NCBI GenBank assembly: GCA_050084515.1
Contig: CM114271.1
Span: 15,066,001 to 15,130,000 of the forward strand
Direction: 5' to 3'
DNA from: Blasia pusilla
Taxonomy: Eukaryota
DNA length: 64,000 bases
Positions 38,630 to 51,757 of the stretch are shown here, one piece after another (position 1 is the first letter of the stretch; each line of letters starts with the position of its first letter). The translations under genes were made by a program, and so were the position numbers. The notes beneath the pieces were generated by a model. It had not been told where the DNA came from and made no database searches. It was given only the letters and a program-made list of their open reading frames with translations.

Positions 38630-39888
38630 GTGGACTCCAAAAGAAAGTAAGGTGCCTCTCTTGAGAAGAGTTCTACGACATTTCCATGTTATCCCTAGGT
38701 TGAAGCGGATGTTTAGATGTAAGACCTTATCTGAATTATTAACTCGGGCACCAGATAATAGGAGCAAGGATGGATTAGTGAGGCAAATTTCTGACACCAA
38801 GGCGTGGCAGCTTATGGACAATTTATATCCCGAGTTTATGCGGGAGAAGAGAAATTGTAGGTTTGGGCTATCTTTGGATGGTGTAAATCTTTTTTTGACA
38901 AATCAAGCTCATGGTCAATTAACTTGGCCGGTGCTACTGGTAAACTAGAATTTGCCTTATTGGCTACTAACAATACTTTTTTTCCTGAACTCCTCCGTTT
39001 AATCGGGAACTTCAACTAAAAAAAATCAACAAGCAACAACACACCCTAAGCGTCAAGAAAATCTTTTATTTCCTGCTAGGGGTTGTGAATTTAAACTTTC
39101 TTACATGATAGATTTTTAAAATTATTGATTAGAAAAACATTTATCTTATAGAATCTTTCCTTATTGACCATAATTTGTGCAAAGACAATGTAAGTGTGCA
39201 CAGAAAAATAAAGTCATCTTTGGAAAAGGAGAAAATCAAGGCTACAACCTAATGTGGCAAATGAGCAAGAAAGTGAGACACGTTGAGGCTCTTCAAAAAA
39301 ACAAACCAAAGTAAGGTCTTCACATGCATATAAATTGGCTTGTACAATCTCTTTTTGTACTCATGTGGCTAACCTATACCGGCGTGGACAACTATCTGAT
39401 TTTGTAGGACTTGTGAGATTTTCTCACCTTATTCCAAATTGGGGATGGTCATTCAGGAAGGTAAATTGATGTGTATTTTCCGTTTAGCACGTGAATGCCA
39501 ACTATGTATTGCATGAAAGTGACCTTGAATTGTCTTTTATTTGATTGTAGTTGCAGATTGGAGATGATATCCTACTCACATAACCAAAGTTCAGTAGGAC
39601 AATCCTTGGATCTGGAGTTATAGCATGATTTGGTGGAAAGCTGGTGGAAAGGAGCAATTTCATGGAAAAAATATCCCTTTGGGAATGGTACGGGTGGATT
39701 GGAAGGAAGTTTATGATCCAGATTATCCCTTGTGGACACTTAATCTGATTGATGAGGCTCTACACATGACTTTTTATAATTTGCTTGGCTCAAGCATCCT
39801 TTGGCCGGAGATGCGTGTGATGAAGGAAGGTGATCCACTAGGTGTTTTGTGTAATAAATATGAAGCTTGCAAAATTTATATATGGTAG
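38630..39888 (+). mobile_element. CACTA/En-Spm transposon remnant (TnpD/Transposase_21 fragment and accessory ORF fragment)
   Basis: VLRHFHVIPRLKRMF...ISDTKAW...YPEF..EKRNCRFGLSLDGVNLF...TWPVLLVN*NLP is the tnp2 signature; 39625-39888 FHGKNIP..VRV...LGSSILWP resembles CACTA ORF2 C-terminal domains. Confidence 0.8.
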
Positions 39889-39938
39889 ATTTACAATAAC
39901 TCTTTACTGACATTGTATGGAGCCGTGACCCACACATA

Positions 39939-41720
39939 GTAAATGGTAAATAAATCAACTGCGTGGGACCCAAAGGTTCAAAATGCTAAAAGAACACGTC
40001 ATAAGTAATAAACCGAATCAGGAAAAGACCCTATAAGCCTTATCCTAGCCAATGCCTAGAGCACTTGAGCAATGAATAATGATATCCCAAGTGTAAAAAC
40101 CTAAATCATAAGGCACTCGCTATAGTAAAGAATAGAAATTTCCCACATCTATTTTATGAGCTAGTCTAATCTCTTTATACTTAGAACACGTAACAAACAC
40201 ATGATCTTCATCTTCAATACTTCCTACGTCAAAAAATCTACATATTTGTTCGCTTCAATCAATGTTGAGCCATGGTCCTTCTTCAATTCCATGGCAAGTT
40301 TGCAACTAACCCAATTGCTCAAGAACACTGCATCCAAATTCTTTTCTCCAAATAGGGTTAGAAGTGCTAAAAGGCTACCTTGTAATGGGTGGTTTGACTC
40401 CGACTGCAAGCAAGCAAGGTTAAGATCAATGGAAAAATCTTTGGATATGCCAAGCTAGTTGGCTTGTCGTGACGAATCTTTACAAACACTTTGTGAAATC
40501 TCATAAATGAGCATTCTTGCGGCACAAAGAGTAGTCTTTAACAAGGTAACTCTACAACAACCCCAAATTATTTTGGAAATGGTTAGAAGTATGGTCATCA
40601 AAACCTACTCTTGATCCCAAGTCTTTGATATCTTTTGCCGAAAAGTTTATTTCTTTCCTCATGCTACATCTATGCCCCATTATGAAGGCATACCAGGATT
40701 ATTCTGTGAACCAGTGGTGATGACTCTACTTAGAAAACTAGCAAATGTGAATGGTAAATGGTAAATAAATCAAGCTCGTGGGACCCAAAGGGTCAAAAGG
40801 CTAAAATAACACATCATAAATAATACACCGAATCAAGATAAGATCCTATGAGCCTTATCCCAGCCAATTCCTAGAGCACTTCAGCGATGAATAATGATAT
40901 CCCACATATAACAATCTAAACCATAAAGTACTCTTAGTAGTAAAGAATAGAAATTTCCCATATCAATTTTATGATCTAGTCTAATATCTTCATACCTAGG
41001 ATACGTAACAAATACATGCTCTTCATCCTCAATATTTCCCTCGTCACAAAACCTACATATTTTTTCGCTTCTATCAATGTTGAGGCATCGTCCTTCCCCT
41101 ATTCCTAGTCTATGAGATCTAGTCCAATGTGGTACGATAAGATTACGTAAAAAAAGGGGAGATCCCCACAAGTAGAAATCCTTGTTCATAATATAAAAGC
41201 ATTGGATTAATATGAAGTTGATAATATATACTCCATTTTTAAACGCGAGTTCTTCCAAAGAGAGCTGAGAAATTGCTTTTGTAGATGCTTGCAGAGTGCC
41301 ATCGGTTTCGAGTCTCAATCTTGTTCAACCACATTCCACTTTGTAGACCAAGTCACCACATCTGTAATCCATCCTATGAAGATCGTGGCTCGTAAAGCTT
41401 AATGAGGGAGCCGAGAAATATCAAGAGATCTCACCTTTGCGATATAAATGATGGTCAAGTAGAGAGCTTTCGCCTCAAGAGAAAGACAACCTATTTCCGC
41501 AAGAAGAACAATATAAGGGATTTGGTTTCTCACACCTAATTCTTCTTGTAGAAAGATCTTTTGTAGCCTCTCCACGCCCTCCCAACTTATCTTCTTGCAA
41601 GTAGGGTCCCATATAAGACCAAAGGGAGAACTAAGTTTCTAAATAAGAACTTCCTAAGATTCCAAGATACAAGATGAGTTTTTTTACACCAATTTTAAAA
41701 ACATCAATTATGATAAATGT
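39939..41720 (-). mobile_element. LINE remnants: two copies of the 3' end plus an inverted internal fragment
   Basis: Minus-strand SHRLGIGEGR...ICRFCDEGNIEDEEHVF...YEDIR (ORF2 C-terminal Zn motif). 39939-40270 duplicates 40754-41085. Plus-strand GWFDSDCKQAR at ~40390. Confidence 0.7.
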
Positions 41721-41789
41721 GGTCTTTTAGAAAACCCGGTTTTGTTCTAATATGATTATTCATTAATATGACGTTATCTAAGTGTGTGT

Positions 41790-42700
41790 GACTTAGGGTT
41801 TAAGGCTTAAGACTTAAGGTGTATGGCTTGGAATAGTAGATACATTCTCCCTTTAGTTGTTTGACATTCCAAGGGAGGGAATGACCCTTGAGAGTGATCT
41901 ACATTTTGTGTGAATATGGCCAAATTGAATGAATTAATAGGATCTACTATACTTATCCATAACTTAGGATGTAGGGTTTTAAGTGTTTAGGCTTAGGGTT
42001 TAGGGTTTGGATTTTAGGGGGCTTAGGTTAATGAATTAATAGAATCTAGTGTAATGATCCATGACTTAGGATCTAGGATCTTAAGTGTTTAGGCTTAGGT
42101 TTTAGGGTTTAGGTTAATGAATAAATAGGCTCTAGTATAATGATCCATGACTTAGGATCTAGGCTCTTAAGTGTTTAGGCTTAGGGTTTAGGGTCTAGGA
42201 TTTATGGCTTAGACCTAGGGTTTAGGATTTTGAATGTTTAGGTTTAGGGTTTAGGATAATGAATTAATAGGATCTAATGTAATGATCGATGACTTAAGGT
42301 CTAGCCTCTTAAGTGTTTAGGCTTAGGGTTTAAGGCTTATGGCTTACACTTAGAGTTTAGGATTTAGAGTATTCAAGGTTTTTGCCATAAACTTAGGGTT
42401 TAGGGTTTATGACTTAAGTTCCAGGGTTTATGTCTTAGGGGTTGGGGGTTATGAATTGTTATTCTTAGGGTTTAGGATATACGGCTTAGACTTAGGGTTT
42501 ATGTTTTAGGGTTTAGGGTTTTTGGCTTGGGTTTTAGGGCTTTTTCGTCCGATAATTATGCTAGGTCTATTATTGACAATTGGGCATATTACTTATTATT
42601 TATAATGGCCAATGAATAATAGGATTATATAGTAAAAGGGTGTATGATAGGGAGTTTAGGATGCATGGCATAGGGTTTGGGGTTGGGATTTAGGGCTTAA
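41790..42700 (+). repeat. Degenerate interstitial telomere-like (TTTAGGG) satellite
   Basis: Many ttagggtttaggg variants, partly in ~90-140-bp units beginning aatgaattaataggatcta (~41927, 42029, 42115, 42257). Confidence 0.75.
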
Positions 42701-42999
42701 TCATTAGGTACTTGTGTTGAGTTGAATAGCATTTGGACAAAGTGCTTTAAGCAGTAAGTCTTTAAGGTTGTAAACTAATAGGATGTGGGACCTACTCTTA
42801 TGTACGTTGTAGTATTATGTAGGGAAATCTTATGTCCAAATGGATGAATTCTACTACTTCATGCAAGTTGGCAATAGATACTAAATAAGAGTTAATTCGA
42901 AATGACATGGAATCCGATTCAAACAATAAAAGCTTCAACACAACCAATTATTCATCATAATAACATTATAATTATTAAACTTTATATTGATTTGTACTC

Positions 43000-45145
43000 A
43001 AAATTGAGTAATATAACTATTACAGCTTTCAAAGTAAATCTTGTAGTAGTAGTAGGTTAGGGTGAAAGGTTATTCTAGAAATCTAAAAAATTTGCCACAT
43101 CGGTATGGATACTCACTTGTCCACCCTCCACTGCATATGTTGAAATCGCAAAAGAAGCTATCACTAAGTCATGTGGACATAACATTGGTTTTTCACTTGT
43201 ATTCTTCTCCCATTTCTTTATATCCCAATTTTAATCTCTCCTCGTTGGAGCAATGTTGCCTCATCCAAATGTATTCAATGGCCATCAATATTAAATTCTG
43301 AAATTAGTATCTGCACCAACTCCAACTAGAACTCTAGAACTTGTCCCATTCATATGGGATATTTGTTTCTTTCTTGTCATGGTCTAATTATGAGTCTTAT
43401 GATAAAGTCTCCAACATTGAAATCTACCAATTCACCTTTTGTTTTCTTCATTGATAATATATCAACTCTAGGCGTGAATCTAGTAGACCCACAATAGTGA
43501 TCCCAATTCTGAAGAACTTCACTTCCAAAGACAATAGGAACTTGAGTGTAGCTTTGCTTGGTTAGAGGCCAAATGTTCTCAAGAAGCATACATCTTGATG
43601 TTTGATGGTAGTTTTTCCAATTACATATAGGGGTTAGGGTTCTAGGATGTGATCTAACTCTATCTCCATAAAGCTTCCACTCTCGGATCTTCCTAGTTTT
43701 TTTCTCCAATCTAACTGTGGATTATACCGTTCCATCCAAGGCATCCCCAAGATAACATCTTAACGTGCTAATCGGATAACCGTCAACTCCAACTCTTCAT
43801 GATATTTTCCTATCCTCAACTTTACATTTCAAGGAAGCTTCTCAAGCCTTTCTATTTGCGTGTTTGGAAATTCTACCTCTTCGTATTGATCGCTCTATAA
43901 AGCTAAGACCCACTTCATAGCTATGGCTCTTGAAAGGAAGTTTTTTGTTGCACCAAGACAAATCAACACTCTAACTCGGGACCCTTCTACTTCCCCATCT
44001 ATGATAATAAGACGGGTTTATCCTTTCTTCAAACCATTTTCCTCCACATCTTTGTGTCCATCCTTGCCTTTTTCTTCTTTTTTTAGAACGAGCATATCCA
44101 CGAGATGAGATTACTAGTGGTTGGCGTTTCGTGAGGTCCACCTTCTTCATCATCTTCATACATGTGTCCCCTCTCAAGATGATTAAGAGGGCGATGATAT
44201 CGATATAGCCTATTTTTTGTCCAATGAAAGCGAAAATTTATGGCTATATGACCATATCAACCACACTCAGAATATTGACGTATATCTCTTCAGACTTCAC
44301 ATTCTCTCCCTTCTCTAAGAAACCCCGAGCCCATCAATTCCAAGAGCTATTCCTAGCATGTTGGGGTTTTGATCTCTCTCCATTGGCATCCTTCCATTAA
44401 ACCTTCATGGTCGATAATCATCTCGTGCTCAAAGATTATCCAACTCCATAGATATGGGTCCATAGTGATTGTTTATGGAAGCAATTACCTCTCCTCCTCC
44501 TTCACACATATCTGCCATACATATATTAGGAATATGCAATTGGGTAATTGATATCCTTCGGATAATCTTGAATCACTTCTTGATGCACCTTCCTCTTCAA
44601 ACCTCTCTTGAATAGATCGAGGGCTTGTGCGGAAGTTGTGCCCTACTAATGTCGCGGATTTGTATCTGTAAATCATAAAACTCCTCGATGTAGTCCTTTA
44701 CACTATCTTTTTGCTCCAATCGACATAGTTTCATTCTAGCAATGAGGATGCGATCCACAACTTGGAAATTCTACAGTAGCCCTTGCTTCATTCCGCTCCA
44801 TGTGATTTGTTGACTCATTTCAATTAGGATCTTTCCCTTCCTTGATATCATGTCAATGTTTGATCTATTAACCAAGATCTTTCAAACATCCCTACAATAT
44901 GATCATTGATGTTAAAAAGGGATAAGTGGATTTCCATACGAGCGATCCAACCCTCTTATACCCCCATGACTCAACTTGTTTTGTTCAGTTCTATTTTATA
45001 CGTCTATATCATTTTAATATAAAAAACGTTTGGGCATTCATCTCTATTACTCTTTGTGTTGCTTGGGCCTCCAATGCTCGTGCCATTAAGGTTTCCTCAC
45101 TTTCCCCAAAAGTCAAGGCACTCGTGGTTTCCATCTCCATCCCAC

Positions 45146-45213
<68 letters not shown>

Positions 45214-46327
45214 GACTGAAGCAACTTCTTGCGCTAATTCTTGGACTTGGTTTTGACTTTGATAGAATGCAACTCTTAACTCTCTCAATTCATAAATCAT
45301 ATCCCTCAAAGTTTCTTCCATGATCACTCTGACTTTCCCATGGCTCTTTACTATCATATTAATATAAGATCAAGATATACACATTCCAATTTCGCACAAA
45401 AGAGATTACAAAAGGTGATGTCGACGAAATGACTTCATCATAATACTCTTGACCAAACTTCCTCACCATAAACTCTCCATATGCTATCTTGGGTTGACAA
45501 ACCACATGGACAATATATTGAGTGTTAAAAGACACTTGCAATGGCCTATTCAAATCTATTCCCCATATCCTATTTAAAAAATATATAAATAGTGCAAATC
45601 CACACGCAAACATATATATATCAATTAGGAGGATCACCGAGAAATGACACTGTATCATTTTTGTGATGAAAAATTTGCCGAAGTGATATACAATGTACCT
45701 CACGAACCAATCTGGATCTCCATCTAAGAGTTTAATGATGAATCGATTTAGAAATGGAAAATTATGAGTCACTCTCGCTCCTCCTCCATCCATTACCTAT
45801 AGAACAACCCTTTCCCCTTACTCTACTTGTAGTTCAATAGCCATTGCCAACCTCTAAGAAGCCTATCTAACTCTCAACAATGTATCATTACTTTGTTGTT
45901 CTTCCAAGAGGGATAGTCCACTCTCGTTAGAGAAGCAAACTCGCTATGGTACCATTGTAATTCTCAATCTCAAAAGACTAGGCTAGAGTTGCTTAAAGGT
46001 AGAATGCATATGCCCCTCGAGGTCTCTTCTTTTCCTTTACGTACTTAGAGATAGGTACAATGAAAATAAATTAACTCTACCCATCCTTATACCACGTATC
46101 ATATTTTCATAGTATTAGAGGATTTTCTTTGGACTCTAATGCCCCTATCTCATCTTATCACATCTATCCCCAACCTCATCTTTATCTTACTTTTTCACCA
46201 ACCTATGTCCCCACTCTCATATTTATCTCATATTCTTTATCTTTTTTCTTTTTGGCTAGTTTTTTCCTACTCATACACTACATATCATAGACTCTAACTT
46301 AACTATGACTAATAAAGGATGGTTACA
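43000..46327 (-). mobile_element. Highly decayed LTR retrotransposon fragment with putative 5' LTR 45956-46327 and PBS ~45943-45954
   Basis: TGTAA...TTACA-bounded segment next to gctatggtacca (degenerate tRNA-Met PBS on the minus strand). Internal ORF remnants are not confidently assignable. Confidence 0.45.
45149..45210 (+). repeat. (TC)n microsatellite
   Basis: About 31 perfect TC units. Confidence 0.98.
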
Positions 46328-49300
46328 CATACACGGGCTTAAGATGCGAGAATGGATGCGGGCTCAGATGAAGGGAGGAGGGTAGGAATCGAATGAGTGT
46401 GCGGCTACAAAACGTGAGCCGTCACCTTACCTAAATCAAGGCCGTGCATGGCCAGCCTTATGGGCCTTGTGGCGTAAGCCTACCATATCCATCTCACTCT
46501 ACGGGCTTTGTGTGGGGTAGTCGCGAGCTAGTGTGGGCTTACGAAGGGCGGGAGTAGGCTACAAAATGGGTGGCAAGAATGGGCAACAAGTTTCTAAACT
46601 GGAACATGTCTACGAGCACATACTCTGTTTGTGTGCAATCTTGATTTATTGCTGCCTAGTGTGAAATTAAGTGGTTAATTGCAACTTCTGCTCATGCAAG
46701 GCAAGGGATATAATGAGAGCTTAATCCTATGATCTCATGAGTAGATTTTTAAGTGAAAGTTGCCATAATATGAAAGTGTTTATCTCTCAAACTTTAGGTT
46801 TCCTACATGGATATTAACATGAATTTTGTAGGTTTTGTGTTTAATAGGAAAGTCATCACACATATTAATTTTTTCTCCAATTATTGTGCTTAAGTAGCAC
46901 ACACAAATATAGCAAACTATTATTGCCTCACTAATGCCAAAGTCTCTTACTTCTTAAATAGGCCATCTCCATATAAGGCTACTATGTATGACTTGTTGAG
47001 GAACCTCCAGTAATATAATTTTGGTGCATATTCTTCTTTATTGATAATTCCACTAGTTATTTGCTTAAAAGTTTATCACGACACTAAGCACTTTAAATTT
47101 GCATTGGTGTGTGTTTCATTAATTAAGCATGTGGATGTATACATTGTTGTTTGATTTTCATCTTACAACAATGATTGAGATTAGACATAATTAAATTGTA
47201 TAAATGGCTCAATTCTCAATCTACATCTAGTTGTCAAAGAATCAATATGTTGTTGGGTTTTGTATTTATTATTCTATAATTTCCTACATGCATAAGTGAA
47301 TTTGTTGAATTATAGCCAAACTATGTAAGTCTATTCAAGTTGTACATATTGTAAACCATTATATACTAAAACCTAATAGTGTGTGGTGATGTTGGAGGCT
47401 ATTGTAGAGGACTCAAATAGTAGTGGCTACCGGACACCAATTCTAAACATTTTGATCCTTTGCGGTAGACACTACAAAAGACAGTGGCCAAAAAATAATA
47501 TTACATGCCAGAGATATGGGTAATCCAACATGTTCAGTTGATACTATGCAATTTTTCTTATTTGATGCAACCCTCAAGAACATTGAGTTTGTGCAAGGTC
47601 AACTAAATAATTTTGAAGAATGTAACAATATTTTGAGAGAAGTATGGAATATGACGGCAAAGATTAAGGCCACCACATAGACAAAATCATATGCATACAT
47701 CAATGACTAAGGGTATTTTCTACATAGCTCCATGTATGTTGGGGAGCATTGTGTACATCAATATCATGATGATACTGAGTTGGCCATGTACATTTCACAA
47801 TTTCTGTACTTTTTCATTGTGAAATAGTTAAGTCTATGGTTTCAAAAAGTCTTTGTGTATAAGGCAACTTGATATGAGTTTTTCAACTCCTAAGATTGCA
47901 ATGAAGTATGTTGTCAAACATACCCTCAGGGGATAGGATGTGAACTTTATGTTATGTATGTTGCTTTCAAACACAATAGTATCCGTTGTTTTTTTTTTAT
48001 ATACTTCTCTTGGAAAGTTGTATTATTATTCTTATTTCATATTATCTATAGATGAACTCAAGAAGATATAAGCAAAGTGTTTGTGTTTTGTGATCCTCAA
48101 AGTAATCTAGTTCCATATATTCAGTATTTTGAAAAATTGTAAAATTCCTACTTGAATTCATGTACCAAACTTAGTCCAATTAACTTGTTTTGAATTTGTA
48201 GCTTATTGTTGTCAGTTCATAAACAAAATAGTGGATGTTACAGTTTGTTAAATTCCCATATATATTTGGTGTCCTGTAGCTAGTGTTCTTGCCCGTTGCA
48301 CTACTAGTACTACTGAAAATATCAATTTTGGCAGACTTTCGATATAGCTAGGTATCTAGACAACTAGCTATATCGAAAGGTTGGAAAACTACTTAATACT
48401 AGTTGAAGTTTTGTTTAAAGAAATCCATTCTCAAAAAATACATTGACCACGTACATTGTACACATGCTTCCATACTCAAATTTTTAGGCTAACTTTCATA
48501 CTTAAAGGCTAATAGCTTAACAATTTACATTGCTACTGTCCCCAAGCAGACAAATAACCCAGAAGGTTCAATTGTGGTTTCCACAACTAAATTTTTGGTT
48601 CACACAATGCCTTTGCACATGTCAGCTTGTGAGCATTAAACTTTTTCCTTACATATCACCACAATAGTGCTCGCTTATCTTGCACTAAAAAATGCACAGT
48701 CAAAATTTTTTTACGCGTATGTCATGAAAATGTGTAGCACTTTAGGAGTAAAGTTGTATACTAGTAGACACATTCATCCTCGGGTTTTTCTAACATGAGG
48801 TTGGGTTTGTTAACCATGATCCTTCTCCGAAATTCTTCTGTAAAATAAGAACAAATTATTTATGTTCTCTTCACTATAGACTGTAGCACAATGGGCAACT
48901 CTAACCTTGCAAAATAGTAGGTGGTGCATTCGAATCTGAATATGGATGCTCACTTTTGCCCATGTGTCCCTCTCGCTTAACTCGACTCTCACCTTCCATG
49001 ACCTAACCCGAGGATAAATAGGCGCAAGGCTTAGTATGAGTAATTCAAAATTATACATTCGTGCATCTCACGGGCACCAGCTAGTAAGTATTATTACAGC
49101 CCCTACAATACTCGATTCCGTGCGCAGAGGCCGTAGAACGCAAGATACTCTACAGAATTTTTGACCTTCGGATATGAATTTTTGAACGGATGGATGTGAA
49201 TAGATTCCATGTTAGCGTTAATGCTCTCATTATTCTTGTCACAGTGTCCACATCGGATTAGGATCAATCGTGTTCTTCAATCACTATATTAATTTTCTCT

Positions 49301-49449
49301 AACCTCCGGAGTCCGAATAAACTTTCAGCTTTAAATCAAAAAAACTGGCCGCATACTTATTGTTTCCCTTCTACCCTAACCTTCGTACACCAAACCCTAT
49401 AAGTTTATGAAGTTTAAGCCTAAGCTAAGACGTTGAACTCCTCCTAGAA

Positions 49450-50862
49450 GAGCGATATTGCCAAAGCCCGGAGCACTAATTGCTCCGGGCTTAGGGGCTC
49501 CCACTAATTGGGAACCCCCAAGCGCCCTAACCTACCCGTTATCTCCTAACCCACCCGCAAGTCCCTAACTAATTGCTAACCCTAGGATTATCCCGACGTG
49601 CTCTCTCCGCCCCCGTCAATCAACCCTTCTCCGGGATACTGTGTCGACCAGACCGCCACAGATATCCGTCGTAGACATCCCCATGGCATGGTAATGTACA
49701 TAAACTTACATGGGGACCATACCATGTACACGATCCCCACTGTTTACCCATGGCCTCTGACATCGTCCAATGACCTCGTTCCTTCCGAAGCCCTAAACCC
49801 ATTCGGAGCCGTTTTTTTTTGGGACCACTCGTGGAATGGCTTTCGAATGAAGGAAGGAATGGCTTCCTTCGCACATTGCACCTTCCCTTGATGGCCTTCA
49901 TTCTTTGCAACGTTACGGGGCCTCCAGGGTTCGTTGTCTCGTGCATTTCTGAGTAGACGACTCGACTACACACCGGGGAATGGAAAATGGAAAGGTTAAA
50001 CGTTACGTCCGACCGAAGACAATTTTCGACGCATCAAGCGGACAAAATGCGAGAACGTGAGACCTAAGATGATCGCGATAAACACTCGCTGTTGAAAGAC
50101 ATGGCCATCAGATGAGGAAGTACCCGTTGTAGCATTGATCGCGAAAGAATCGAAAGAAACACCCGGAGTGCGATAGAGGGAAAGTGAGGCGGACGGGGCG
50201 CAGAGTCTTTTCACAAAGTTGATCATGGCTTTTCTCAACATGACGCCGGAAATCGCGACCATTCGTGCAAAGCATGGCGATGACCAGCGAGGCCAACACG
50301 TTTGGGCGTATTGCGTTGCGGTCTTCGTCTCCAGGCATGGAACAAAGCAATGTCACCGCTTACCCTAGTAGAAGGTAATCGCATCCCATTGTTCATCTCG
50401 TCCTCCCATGGGCGCGTCGCCAAATCGTGGTCGAATTCATGAGGCCACGGCCTTGTTCCATCGTCTGTCGGTATCTGCTCTTCACTACCAATTCTAGACT
50501 GAACTTCCTCTCCTCACTCACTGCCCGAGAACTCCGCTCTCACAAAATTCAATTCTAGAAAGAGCCTATTCATGTATCCGATGAATACCTCATGACCGGC
50601 GGCCACGGATTAGCGAGAAAGCTTTGAAATAGACACGATCCGTCCGTCACGAGTTGTGGTTGGAGTATTGGGCTCCAAGAATTTGCTGTGAAATTGCGCT
50701 CGGTTTGTGTCGCTCTCGCGTTTAGGGAGGGGTTTGCTGTCAGATCGACATTCACTTTGCAAGTTTCTACAGGTGCGTTACTGTCACTCACTTGTCTTCT
50801 GTCTTGCCTCTGAGCCCCTAAGCACGGAGCAATTAGTGCTCCGGGCTTTGGCAATATCGCTC
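49450..50862. repeat. 51-bp inverted repeat pair (49450-49500 and 50812-50862); partial third copy at 58945-58977
   Basis: gagcgatattgccaaagcccggagcactaattgctccgggcttaggggctc and its reverse complement, with one mismatch. Confidence 0.9.
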
Positions 50863-51757
50863 TCCGAATGTCATAAGCGACAAGCAAAACAAAAGAAAGA
50901 CGTTTGATCGATGCCATGAAACTCCAGTCTCGATGTTGAGATAATCTTCACCTATGAAGATCGAAAAATGAACTTCAATAAAAACGCTTGATGGAAAGGG
51001 CTAGCTCAACGTGCGAATGAGAAAGATCGTTCAATGTTTATGAGTCATTTCATTCTCGATATTACAAGAAATGACAGGTTAAGTAACGGTTGTAAGTAGA
51101 ATGTGTATCAGCTGTTGTCATTGATTGGCATAAGATTTGTAGTGACTAAGACATGGCGTTCCAGCGTTGTTCTGTTCCATCTAATAAAATATCTGAGCGG
51201 GGGGGCTCCTTAGTTCAGGATGGCCATTGTGAGTATCGTCGTGTTAGCTCGTACTTGGAGAGTGAGTGAAGACTTCTATTCCAACAAAGAGGACTCTGGC
51301 GATTATGCCCACCTTTCCTGAATGGAATCTCATGGACTTCTTTGCCCTGGATACCATTTCTTAACACGAGGTCTACGCGAAGTGTAATGCATGAGTGGTA
51401 GAAATAAGACCGGAAGCAGTGGATGAGTACAGTAAGCTTCTATTCACCTGGAAATGTGAGGGTAAGATTGTGATTATGCTTTGTTAACACTCGTGTACTT
51501 GAAAACTCCAGGGGGTAGTTCGGATCAGAGGCTGAAGGATCGCTGAGAATACAGACTCGAGGGAAGCAAGGGCAGTTGGGAACTGGTATGTTTGGTCTAT
51601 TTCTTTCTCCTTCATAGCATGGATTTCTTATCAGGCCTGATGTTTGAGTACTACTCTATTGTTGAAGTGCTTATGAAGGAGCTTGTGTGGTGTCAGTTTC
51701 GCAGTCGTAGGTCTCGGTATATCTTCCGTCAGAGTTCAATCGTAGCAGCCACCAGTA

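Noticed and set aside
45009-45357. ORFs with poly-ER/SL tracts
   Set aside because: Translation of the (TC)n microsatellite.
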